NCBI GenBank assembly: GCA_043228905.1
Contig: JBHGNT010000010.1
Location: 10,292,001 to 10,356,000 of the forward strand
Reading direction: 5' to 3'
Source of the DNA: Azolla caroliniana
Lineage: Eukaryota; Plantae; Polypodiophyta
Length of the DNA stretch: 64,000 nucleotides
Part shown: one piece after another, positions 23,908-35,645 of the stretch
How positions within the stretch are numbered: position 1 is the first letter of the stretch
Layout: every line of letters begins with the position of its first letter
Translations under genes and position numbers: made by a program
The notes under the pieces: generated by a model
The model's database searches: none
What the model was told of the DNA's origin: nothing
The model's input: the letters and a program-made list of their open reading frames with translations, nothing else

Positions 23908-24463
23908 ATGAGGGCCGCATGGTCGCTCACGCCTGTTTGTGTTTGAGTTCCCAGTGAGGCCGCATGGTCGCTCACTCCCATTCGTGTTTGAGTTCCCGGT
24001 GACGGCCGCATGGTCGCTCACTCCCGTTCGTGTTCCAGTCTCCGGCGAGGACCGACATTGTCGCTCATGCCCATTGGGGTTCATGTTCCAGTTCTCGGTG
24101 AGGACCACACATGGTCGCTAACTCCCGTTCGTGTTCCAGTCTTCAGTGAGGACCCACATGGTCTCTCATTCCAGTTATTTTTCATGTTCCACATCCCGGC
24201 GATGACCGACATGGTTGCTCATGCCCATTACGGTTCATGTTCCAGTTATCGGTGAGGACCACACATGGTCGCTCACGCCCGTTGGTGTTCATGTTCCAAT
24301 TCTAGGTGAGGACCACACATGGTCTCTCATGCCTGTTGGTGTTTGTGTTCTCTGTGAGGACCGCACATGGTTACTCACACCCGTTTGTATTCATATTCCA
24401 GGTCCTGGCAAGGACCACACATGGTCACTCATGCCTCTTGGTGTTCATGCTCCCCGTGAGGAC
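23908..24463. repeat. Degenerate tandem repeat (45-54 bp unit, about 13 copies, continues at 39964-40047)
   Basis: Recurring GAGGACCACACATGGTCGCTCAYKCCYGTT...TGTTCCAGT, split by insertion of D. Confidence 0.9.
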
Positions 24464-24897
24464 TGTTGTCCGCCGGAATAGTAACTGACAAACAAAAGCG
24501 TAGGAATAAGAAACTATATAAAAGCATAACGCATGTAACGGTTCACGCAGGAAGCGCGAACGGCTAATTAGACCCTGCATATATAAAGGGCAGAAAACCT
24601 CTTATGGGCGTGCGTGTAATTTTGGGAATGTAAAGAACGCCTGATAATAGAATTCTATCTTCTCTGATTTTCTGTGTATAGCTGCGGCTAATTCAGTGTC
24701 GGTGTCTCGGATACTTAAGCGTGGTAGTACGTAAGTGTAACCTTTGATAGGGATTCGGTTATAGCCATCTTCCCTTATACGCGGAGAGGTTCTCCCATTA
24801 CACATTACGCTTAAACCCCTGTTCGTTGTTCCACACCCACCTTGAGGTCTAGGTCGAAGGACTGACCACGGACCGTGTTCCTAAACGACAACACTTT

Positions 24898-24911
24898 TGG
24901 CACGCCCGGTG
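24898..24911 (+). promoter_or_regulatory. PBS of element D (tRNA-Arg(UCU) type)
   Basis: TGGCACGCCCGGTG 4 nt after the 5' LTR, resembling recalled plant tRNA-Arg PBSs. Confidence 0.8.
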
Positions 24912-24947
24912 ATCTGTGTTTCCTCACAGACGAGCAACAACGAATGG

Positions 24948-25581
24948 ATGTTTAGCCACAGACGACTCAGAGAACCAACACGACAAGACCGGCCAATAAC
25001 AAGGTCCATCACACGCCAGGCAGAAGAACGCGCATGGCAAAAGCCACGCATCAACGACCTCAGTACTACCTGCCGTGAGTGCAAAGGGGATTCTTCGCTC
25101 CCCAAATACCTCGACGAGACGCGGGGACCACGCTCACCACAGCCACCCTGTGACCTTTCTCGATCCGCCGTAGCTCCCACTATGGCCTTTGCCTACCCCC
25201 GCTTTAACGACGAAACCGACGCCGCAACTCATATTCGCATGTTCTTGAATGTCTGGAATGCGAACCACATGGCGCAGAATCTCTCCGAGACGGTGACACA
25301 GCAATCGAAAATGACAGAGTTCGGATTAACATTAGATGGGCGTGCGGCGTTCTGGCTGTTGTAGGTTTTAGGGTTAGGGTTAAGGACGATGATGATTATC
25401 AATGAGAAAGATAGACATGGCATAATAGCGAAGATAATGGAGAGTATGATGGTAAGAGAGATTGGCATGAAGATGTTGAGAATCGTTGAGAAGCATTGTG
25501 GGGTGGGGGGTGGTGCCTAGAATGGCTCCACCCCCCTCCCAAGGGGGTTCAACGTTGAGGGAGAGAGATAGGAAGAGAGAT

Positions 25582-25617
<36 letters not shown>

Positions 25618-28600
25618 GATTCCCCTTTCATTCATTCCCCATAAGGGGGTTAAATAGTACAAGAGGGGGTAGATACAAAGGGGTGTAAGCCCCCTAGAGC
25701 ATTCATACTGGACACTCACTCATACCTCCTCGTATCCATCCACATGCACACACGTGTGCATGTGTTCACATACGTATCGACTCACAATTACATTTATGCC
25801 CCCTACACATACACAACAACATTATGATAACATTCGACCCTCGCTCATCACACTTGACTCTCTGTACATCTCGTACGAGGTAACACTGGCATTCACAGAT
25901 GGACTTACCAGCCATAACAACCTTCGATGAGCTGTAGTCCGCTTTCTTGCGATTCTTCCATCGGAGGGTTCCACAACACGAGATTCTTGGGCAGTTTTAT
26001 ACAATTAAGCAACTACCGACCAAGACGATAGCGGACTTCAACTTACGTTTCCAAAATTTACGACGGAAACTGGAACGAAGCCCCATGGAGGAGGAGGCTT
26101 GGGAGACATTTCTGGTAGCTTTACGCCGGCCCATCTGGGCAATGCTCAACAACAATAGCGTGAAAGGGGAGACGGAGGATATGGTAATTGAACGAGCGTT
26201 ACAGCTCGAGTTGGATGACGAGGAGGAAAGGTTTTCGATGTCATCCTTACGACAAGCGTTACCTCAGGATGAGGAACGCCAATTTCGTCAAGCAATCCAG
26301 TGCACGATTTGCTTGAACTCGGGGCATTCCGTGGTGGAGTGCAATATGCGAATCCACTGCCCAATCTGCCACTCGAAGGTTCACACAGTCGACCAATGCG
26401 AGTACAATATGTTAAACAGAGCCACCCCCGCGGTCCGCAGCATGGACACACAACGTCAACCGCACCAGGTTGAACAAAGGAGGCAAGAAGACCGACCTCG
26501 ATATAAGGATCGCAACCCGTGGGAGGACTGGTACAACTGGAATCGCTGGAATCACAACGAGTTTGAGGAGGACGACCCAGAGGACGAGGATTATCGTGGA
26601 CATCCGAGTTACGCCAAAGGGGGTCGGCGCTACAAACATCAACGCCCGACAAACAAACGGGGCGGCTTCAAAGGCTATCGGGGTAAGCCTCGGCAATATA
26701 GGGATCACCGGAGTTACGACGAAAGCTCGGGGGATGAGCGGCACCAAGAACGACGACAAAACCTGTCCAACAGCGCCGCTCCCGCATGAACCCCAATTAC
26801 GCGACCCGTGTGAAAGAAGAAATTGACAAGCTCTTGAGGGCGGGGTTCATACGGCCAGTTAAACAAGCGACATGGCTGAGCCCGATAGTGGTTGTCCCAA
26901 AGAAAAATGGAAAAATACGGGTATGCGTAGATTACCGAAAATTAAACGCTGTAACCATTACAGACGCATTTCCCTTACCCTTCACCGATAGCGTGCTGGA
27001 CGCCGTCGCAGGCCATGAGATGTACAGTTTCTTAGATGGCTTCAGTGGCTATAACCAAGTACGCATGCACCCCGAGGACCAGGAGAAGACGGTGTTTGTC
27101 ACGGACTGGGGAGTATATGTGACGGTCGTCATGATGTTCGGGCTAAAGACAACGCCGACCACATTTCAACGAATGATTACGGAGATCTTTGGGGAATACA
27201 TTCCGGCGTTCATGCAAGTCTTTCTAGACGATTTTGCGGTATATGGGCAAACAAAAGACCATTTTACACACTTACGTCTGTGCTTGGAATGTTGCCGCAC
27301 CACACGCTTAAGCCTGAATCCCGCGAAATATGCCTTCGGCGTGACCAGCGGGACTCTCCTAGGCCACATAGTCAGCACAGAGGGAATAGCGGTCGACCCA
27401 AACAAGATCTCCGCGATTACGCAAGCTAAAACTCCGACAAACGCCAAATCACTTAGCCGATTTTTGGGACAAATACGGTGGCATAGTCGGATGTTACGGT
27501 ATTTGGCGGACTTCGCCACGCCACTACACGCTGCCGTACATCGAACCCCTTTCCAATGGACTGCAACAGAGGATAAGGCCTATGAGGCACTTAAGATAAT
27601 GCTCACACAGGCCCCCGTCGTACAACCTCCAATTTGGGCGAAGCCATTCCACGTGTTCGTTGACGCCTCGGACATAGCAATAGGAAGCGCGCTAATGCAG
27701 CTCACCGAACCAAACTAGTACAGGCCAGTATACTACGCAAGTCGTAAATTGTCAGCAGCAGAGCGTAACTATTCCACAACAGAGCAGGAGGCGCTAGGGA
27801 TGATCTATAGCATCAATAAATTCCGACACTATTTATTAGGAAGGAAATTCACATTCCACGTGGATCATTCGGCATTATTGTATTTGGTGGAGAAACAAGC
27901 CCTGACAGGAAAATTGGCGCGATGGATGCTGCTGCTCCAGGAATTCGAGTTCGTAATTCAGCACCGACCAGGGATGCAACACGCATTGGCGGATTTTTTG
28001 AGCAGACTTGAGAATGGAGAAACAGTACAGAAAGACGACGATGATTTTCCGGATGCCGACATCTGGCGAGTAGCGACACTTGCAGAAAAAACGGAATCCA
28101 CCTTTCCGGACCGATGGCTTATGGACTACAGGACTGCCTCCACCACAACTACGCACGGACGAGAAGAAACGACTAGCCGTCTGAAGCCATCAGTTCTGCC
28201 TCCTCAAAGGAATTTTATATCACAATGGAAGTGACGGCATTTGGCGACGTGGGGTCCGTTAGGATGAGAAGGAAGCAGTTTTACGGGAGGCACACTGCGG
28301 CACGGCCGGCGGCCATTACGCGGGCGATGTGACAGCCCGCAAAGTATGGCAGGCGGGCTTATGGTGGCCAACAACGTAGAAGGACGCATCCGAGTATTGT
28401 AGAAAGTGTGATTTGTGCCAGCGGATGGGTCAGCTCGGGGAGCACGCAAGGATGCCACACCAGCCCGTATTATCGCTAGAACCCTTCCAAAAGTCGGGAT
28501 TGGATTTTGTAGGGCCCTTCACACCAGCAGCGGCCCGTACGGGCAATAAATACATATTGGTAGCCACGGATTACTGCACCAAATGGGTAGAAGCAAAGGC

Positions 28601-29407
28601 ACTACGTGAAAATACGGCGGTCGTCACAACCAAATTTCTTTACGAGCACATTTGGTGCCGGATCGGCTGTCCTATTGAGCTCATCAGTGATCAGGGGAGC
28701 CACTTCCTCAATACGGTGGTTCGGGAACTAACACAGTATTACGCAGTAGTCCACAAGAAGAGCACGACATATTACCCGCAAGCGAATGGATTAGCGGAAT
28801 CCACGAACAAAACATTACAGACCATTTTGAAGAAAACCGTCAATGAAAATAGAACGGACTGGGATACCAAACTCTAGAGTGCGTTATGGGTGTACAAAAC
28901 TAGTTACAAAACAAGCATACAGTCAACACCGTTCCGACTAGCGTTTGGACTAGAGGCTGTGATGCCGGTCGAATTTTAGGTACCTAGTTTGCGCATTCAG
29001 GTACGGAACCGATTATCAGAAGCCAAGTCGAGGAGGAACGGCTCTACCAACTCCTCGAACTAGGGGAAAAACGCGTCCACAGCATGGTTGTGTTGGAACA
29101 GGAACAACGACGGCGTAAAGCATTTGTTGATTGACATTGGAGCGCAAGGGAAAAGGAGTTCGCCGTGGGCCGAGCGGTGCTAGTTTTTCAAACGTGCATG
29201 GGCCATATGTCGGGGAAGTTACGGTTCTGCTGGACCAGCCCATACTGGATAATTGGAGCGGAACAGAGCACGTTCCAACTAGGAACGCTATCTGGAGAAA
29301 TAGTACGGCAAAAAGTGAATGGGTTTCAGCTCAAATCTTACCTGGGTCCTACGCCACCTAACCCATTCACCGCCGAACGGGACAAAGCCGGAGAACCCGC
29401 AGCGTAA
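24948..29407 (+). pseudogene. Element D gag-pol, split by a solo LTR, with protease and third knuckle deleted near 26757
   Basis: gag pieces 24948-25356 and 25891-26757 join directly to KPVQQRRSRMNPNY (RT start). RT 26786-27718, then RNase H and IN fragments with stops. Confidence 0.9.
25357..25885 (-). mobile_element. Solo LTR (529 bp) related to the LTRs of element K
   Basis: TGTTG...TAACA ends, TSD CTGGC at 25352-25356 and 25886-25890. Removing it restores D gag (AAFW|HSQMDL). Shares the G-rich/C-rich hairpin with 44783-45117. Confidence 0.9.
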
Positions 29408-29462
29408 AATGGACAGCCCCATTTGTACTATAATGTAAAAATAGGTTGTAAATAACCGTTAC

Positions 29463-29494
<32 letters not shown>

Positions 29495-29737
29495 AGAGAA
29501 GATAGCGACTATTGAAACAACTAAAGGCATGCACAAAAAGAAACCACGATGGCTCACCGCCCAATGAACCCTAAGCCACAAAAAGAAGGAAACAGAAGAT
29601 TTTCTGCACAAAGCAGAAACCCATCTTCTAGCTATGAGCGCTCCCATCGCTCGTCCTCCTCACCTTCTTCCCCATCCTATCTCAGAGCTCCAACCCACCA
29701 CAACCTCTCGTCTCCTCCCCACGAACCTACTCTGGCG

Positions 29738-32483
29738 ATGCCGATTTTCATTTCTACTGCCCTACGCCGATGGCTCGTAGAGAAACGCCTGGATGGCTAC
29801 ATCCGGGTCACAGAAGCACCTCCGCACCTGGACGCCATGAACATCGCCAGGAAGTTTAATGTAGACACGGTCACCAACTCTTCCATTCGGAAGAAGTTGG
29901 ACCTATCCTCACTAGGCGAAAGACATTTCGAAATACCTCCTGTAGAGGCGTTGCAGTGGTATTTTGGACCATATTCATCCTCCGCCAAGGCCTATAGACC
30001 AAAACAGATTCTGGATCCCTTCTTCCGTGAAGTTGCCAAGTTCCTACTGGAAGTCGGTTGCGTCCATGTCAACGCATACGGGATGCCTAAGCAGAAGGTG
30101 GACATCATTATCGACACCTTTGAAGGGTGTGCAGTCGACTGGGGGGTCATCACAGGGCCAGCGTTAAGGGAAGGCTTGCTTGCGTACCAAGAAGGCAAAA
30201 AGCTCAGGCCAATCATCTAACAATACCTTACGGTACTATTTCCACCCCGAGGCCTGCCAGCATCGCAGCCTAGCCAACCCACGAACCCGCCCCGATCCGC
30301 GAAACGTAGGTTAGCGGAGTTATCGGCCCCAGAGTGGGATGAGGAACCCCAACCGGCCCAGCCAGAGCCAAGGTCAACACCTCGACAAGCCGGACACACG
30401 GGCGACGCAGGAGGAACAGCCGAGACGTTCCATGGAAGCAACCCCAGAACCAGACACCGAAACACGGCGGGAAAGCCCTAGACCAAAACGGTGCAGATTG
30501 GACAGGAAAGATGGGCGGGGGTTGGTAAAAGGCGCCCCCACGGCACCGGAGGCACCGACCGAAGGCGAAGGCTCCGCAGCAGCAGAACTAAATACCACCT
30601 TCGAAATCATCCGGGAGACACAACCGATTATTACGACTCAGACCCAACGAGGGAAAGTTGTATTGACGGTGTAAAGCGAAGTTTTGGTATATCCGGATAT
30701 CCCGGATACGGCCCACGAATTCAGTGCCCTCTTGCAGTTCGGTACCTCTTTTGAGCTCATGGAATTCCTGACAACACAACAGGTCCAAGCCACCCAACGA
30801 ATGGCCGAGGAGCATGCGGAACGTCAGATGATCGAGCGCGCCCTAACACAAACAATGGAGAGCGACGATGAGGACAGGCTAGCCAGGGTCGGTAGATAGA
30901 GGAACGCCGGGGTACGGCGAGTAGGGATGGAGATACCACCCTTAAACACGGCCCTAGTAGAAGTTCATCGGGAACTGGCAAAGGTCAGCACGGGCGCCAA
31001 GGAGATGGCCATAAAAAATAAGAATGTCTGGAAGAAGGTTAAACTGACCAAAGCCGAACTACAAAAAGCCAACACACGCATCGCGGAGTTGGAAGCTCAC
31101 GCGACTACGGCGCAACACACAACCCCGCCACCAAACCACATCATTGACGCTCTAAAAGAAGAAATCGAGGCTCAGACCGCCATCGCCTCAAAAGCAAAAA
31201 GGGTCGTGCAGCTAGCGGAATCCGAAATTGATCGTCTTCGAGCAGAACTACGCCAATCCTCTGACAGAGAAAAGGAGATACGGGCTAATGGACAGAAGAC
31301 CATAAAAACCCTTGAAGAGAAACTAGCTACGGAGGTAGCTCAGCACATCCGGACAAAAGACGAGAACGCCCAATTACGAGAGGACGCGAAGAAATCGGAG
31401 GCAGCAATAGCGGGACTTCGGGCCTTATTAGAAGAAAAGAAGGTATGGTTCGATGAACAGTTGGTGGTCGAACAAGACAGAAGGCATAAGCTCGAAATCC
31501 GCCTAAACAATGAAATGGGGAAATTAGAAGAACAACATGCAAAGGAATCCCAGCTATGGGCGGGCCTGAAGGCCACGTATGAGGAAGCGGCAGCCGTTAA
31601 ATAGCAGGAAATCGCAAATCTCCAGAAGTCGATGGAAGACGCACATCACGGATAACGTGCACATCCTTCTCCAAACAAACCGGGAAAGGTTCACATTGCA
31701 ATTGAAAACAACATTGGACAAAGGATGGATGGCGTGGGCAACCCAAGCAACGGAATTGCACTCGTATCAGGCAGACTGGGAGAACCGGCGGAAAGACGGC
31801 CGAGGTTTTTATAAACTAAATGAGGAGAGCATTGCGATCATACGGGAGGACCTAGCGCAAGACTATCGTGTGCTAGCAGACCAACACTCCGAAGAACTAG
31901 CACAGCTCTTAGATGATTTTGGTGAAAGTTAGGAGGAGCTATTTCACCAGATCACACAAGCCGGCAACACGCGCACAAACGAGGAACCCAACGCGACACC
32001 AATTCCGGTCACAGCTGAAGAAAAGGAACCTCAGGCCTGATCACCAAAGATGACAACAGGGGAGAATAGCGGGGACCAACGAGCGGAGTCCCCCACAGGA
32101 CCAGACAACGATACCATTACCCAACAAGAGGTCCAACCGCACGAGCCCACACCATCATCAAACCACGCGGAAAATAGTGCGGACCAAGCGGAATCCCCGC
32201 CCCACGCCCAAGAACATACAAAAACGGCTAGCACCGTGGAGGACGTAACAATGAGGCTGAGCTGCAGTCAACTGCAAGCACGCCAACGGCGGAGCCCAAC
32301 CCACTAACTCGAGAAGAGCCCACCATACACAGACCACCCGCACACGGCAACGACGACTCCGGGAGAAACCAGACCGACCAAGCAGAGGAGCCGCACCACG
32401 ATGCACCTACGGGCCCTACATCAACTCCGGACGAGGACACCACAACAAAGCCGAACATCCGGGCCATTTTGGAAGAAGATTAA
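29738..32483 (+). pseudogene. Element D ORF2 (divergent homologue, stops and frameshifts)
   Basis: YFGPYSSSAKAYR...DTFEGCAVDW, coiled coil 30927-31604, WATQATELHSYQADWENRRKDGRGFYKLNEESI. Confidence 0.82.
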
Positions 32484-32488
32484 CGGGA

Positions 32489-32528
32489 TGGGTCCGACGT
32501 GCAAAGGCACTGTCCCACAGGCGTGCCA
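32489..32528 (+). promoter_or_regulatory. tRNA-Arg 3'-end-like motif at the PPT position of element D
   Basis: TGGGTCCGA CGTGCAAAGGCACTG TCCCACAGGCGTGCCA AG|LTR. Confidence 0.82.
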
Positions 32529-33431
32529 AGTGTTGTCCGCCGGAATAGTAACCGACGGACAAAAGCGTAGGAATAAGAAACTATATAAAAGCATAATGCA
32601 TGTAACGGTTCATGTAGGAAGCGTGAATGGCTAATTAGATCCTGCATATATAAAGGGCAGAAAACCTCTTATGGGGGTGCATGTAATTTTAGGAATGTAA
32701 AGAATGCCTGATAATAGAATTCTATCTTCTCTGATTTTCTGTGTATAGTTGCGGCTAATTAAGTGTCGGTGTCTCGGATACTTAAGCGTGGTAGTACGTT
32801 GTCATCAAGAAAACCGTCCACAAGCGGAATCGGTGCATAGGAGAGTAGGAACCGGCTCTTCTCGAATGTTGTCCATAGAAGATCCTAGGCAGGTAGATTT
32901 AGTGGGTAGGAAGTAAAGGGGAAACGACTCCTTCCTTGCCTATAAAAGGGAGGGAGACGAGAAGGGGGAGGGGATCGCGGAGAGTCGAGGAGGAAGTGTT
33001 GTCGGTTTGCGTGCGAAGGCCTCTCTCTCTCTCTTTGGTTCGCAAACTCCATAGCTTCCTTCTGTGCAGGTTTCGGGAGGCTCGCGCTGCTCTGAGGAAT
33101 GCCCGAGCGCTTCCGGCAGCACCTCCAACCTGCTCCTGTCTTTCTTTGCGTTTACGAACAGGCATCGACATCTGTTCGCTGGCCTGTTCGGTTGTAACCG
33201 ATTTCGTGTTTTGTTGCTTCCGTGTTCTTGTTGTTGTCCATGTTAATACATACATACATTCGTGTCTCTCTGTGTCGCTGTCCCACTCGCGTCTTTGTGT
33301 CGAAGTGCCGTGTCCCTGTGAATCTACGTTCGCACGTAGTGGGTCTTTTTTCCTTTCTCTCTTGCTCTTCGGTATAGGACCCCTGAGGTCCCGCCTCATT
33401 CCACGCATCCGCGAGGAAAACCTCGACATCT

Positions 33432-33449
33432 TGGTGAACCCGACGTGAA
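33432..33449 (+). promoter_or_regulatory. PBS of element I (TGGTGAACCCGACGTGAA, tRNA-Trp type)
   Basis: 3 nt after the 5' LTR, complementary to the recalled plant cytosolic tRNA-Trp 3' end. Confidence 0.82.
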
Positions 33450-33497
33450 GAGGCGGCAGGAGAGCAGAAGCTGAAGGGGTCGGATCTTGAAGAGGCC

Positions 33498-35588
33498 ATG
33501 GCTTCGGCCGTGGATCGGATATTGAGTGCACGCGAGGGCACCGACGCCCTCGACAGAGCCATTGAGGCGGTCGTCGGTACGATCGGCCGGTTCAGCGGAA
33601 AGGATGCCACGAAGTATTTGGCATCCTACAGAGCAGAAATGCTGATGCGGGACATTCCGGAAGAGAGGCGTCTTGCCGGGTTTCCTCGAGTGGCGATGCC
33701 GAGCATCCATGCGGAGGTGCTCGAGTTGCGGGCGGAGAGCCGTACCTGGGAGGAGTTCGAAGGCCGACTCCTAGAAAAGTACGGGCTGGATGACGCGCTC
33801 CGGCTTTCGAAACAGGACTTCATGGAATGGGTGGAGTCCCCCGGCAAGGGAAGAAACGCGTCGGCACTCCTCCGGGAGTTTGAAGAACGCTTTGCGCGCC
33901 TTTCGGCGCTTGACCGAACCGTTTTGGATACGAGCCGGGTCCTATTGTTCATCAAGTCGGTGGACGAGCGGGACAGAGATCAAGTTGGCTCCTTGCTGGA
34001 AACCGAAGACGGGCTGACAACCGACTGGGCTGCGGTTAAGAGAGTCTGTGGCCGTTTCAACAAACGGCGAGAATGGGCTGACAACGGGGCGGCCGGTGCG
34101 GGCTTTGTCATAGCAAGGAGGCTTGAACTGGCACCGCAAGTGCGAAGGGAAGAAACCCGGGAATGGCTCGAAACCGGTCCGGCTTCGACCGGCATGGTCA
34201 ATGGCTCGTCTAGAGGAGCAGCGCTGGAGGAGTTGACGCGGGCGATAAAGGATCTCCAGATTGCCCATACTCGAAGGGAAGGCGGCGAACCGGCTCGTGA
34301 CCGACGGCCGGCAGCGGGTAACAGGTGCATGTGGTGCGACGAGGTCGGCCACATTCGGAAGGACTGCGGCGATTTCGCAGAGGCGTTGAGGAACCGGGTG
34401 GTGTGCCTGTGGGAAGGCCGGGTGCACGCCGGCGACACCAGGAGGGCCCTGAACCGAAACGGCGGGCGAGGAGGTATGAAGAGACTGATGGAAGAGGCAG
34501 CGGCGCGACATGTAGAGGCCATCCACTACTCGGCGTCGGCCGGAATTCGGGTCGGGGGCAGCGAGGCCCGAACAGAGGGCAAAGACGGATTCTGGTCGGC
34601 AATGCTGGAAGGTCTTGCCGGCGCACGGCTAAGGAAAGATGAAACGGACTGCGCTGAGAGTCGGGTCCGGGAAACAACCGGGTGGAGTGATCCGGTCGAG
34701 GAGAAGACGGGCTTCGTAGAAGCCGCTTGCCGGAACTACGAGGCTCTGGTAGAAGACAAAAGAGTGGGGAAAGCCGGAGCGGCCGGGCCCTCACAACGGT
34801 ACGAAACCCGATTTGGGCAACGACAGAACGATGCCGGCGGGTCCAGCTCGCAAGATAACCCCAGGAAGGGCAGATACCGACTGGGGACGGAGATAGAAAG
34901 GACTACGGACCTACGAAAGGTCCTAGAAGAACGGATCCTCGACAGCAAAGTGGAGCTGTCATTGCGAGAGGTGTTAGGGATCGCCAAGAAGGAGTTCCAC
35001 GACTCCATTGTAGACCTGGTGAAACGGAAGAGGCTGTCGACGGAGACGGAACCGGAAAGACCGGTGGAGGTGCGGATGACGCACATCGACGACATGGCGC
35101 TGGAAGATGAGTGGGCGGAGAGCCACTACTCAAGGCCGCACAGGGCCCGAGCAACCACGGAGAAGATCGGAGATGTTCAGGAGCCGGTGGTAGCATTGGT
35201 GGACCACGGTTCGGAAATAAACCTGATGTCAATGGACTTCTATAAGAAGGGAAAGTGGCCGATCAACACCAAGCACGGGTGGAAGATACGGGCGGCAACG
35301 CGCGCCACCGAGGAACTGCACGGGGCCTGCCCGAACGTGCGAGTCAAGATCGGCGACGTCGAGATTGACTAGCACTTCTTCGTACAGGAGACGTCCTCGC
35401 ACCCGGTCATATTAGGGGAACCGTACATCACGGCGGCGCGAATGGAGACCAAGGTGCTGGACAACGGTTCGGCCTACGCGAGGGTCAAAAGCCAGGATGA
35501 GCGCCATTTGGTTCAATTTCTGACGGTGCGGCCGAACCACGAGAGAAACTGCGAATCCCTCGGTGGCGAGAACCGGGAGGATTTTTAG
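33498..35588 (+). pseudogene. gag: Element I gag-protease ORF (one premature TAG at 35370-35372)
   Basis: CMWCDEVGHIRKDC knuckle, ALVDHGSEINLM protease. Frame continues HFFVQ...ILGEPY to TAG at 35586-35588. Confidence 0.88.
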
Positions 35589-35645
35589 AGAGGGCTGCCA
35601 AGGCGTGGGGCCGAGACAGCCCGGACACTCGGGAAAGACCCCATG
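35579..35645 (+). promoter_or_regulatory. Putative -1 ribosomal frameshift signal (G GAT TTT plus pseudoknot)
   Basis: Slippery heptamer 35579-35585, 6-nt spacer, stem GGGCTG/CAGCCC, loop CGTGGGG pairing with CCCCATG. Confidence 0.72.

Noticed and set aside
23908-24463. CRISPR array
   Set aside because: Inter-core sequences are homologous to each other rather than unique spacers, there are no cas genes, and the context is a eukaryotic LTR element.
25363-25386. Telomeric repeat seed (TTTTAGGGTTAGGGTTAAGG)
   Set aside because: Only 2-3 imperfect units inside a solo LTR; at most a telo-box-like motif.
32899-33531. ORFs within the LTRs of element I (also 39255-39879)
   Set aside because: Repeated only because the LTRs are duplicated; low-complexity translations not preserved in the A LTR.
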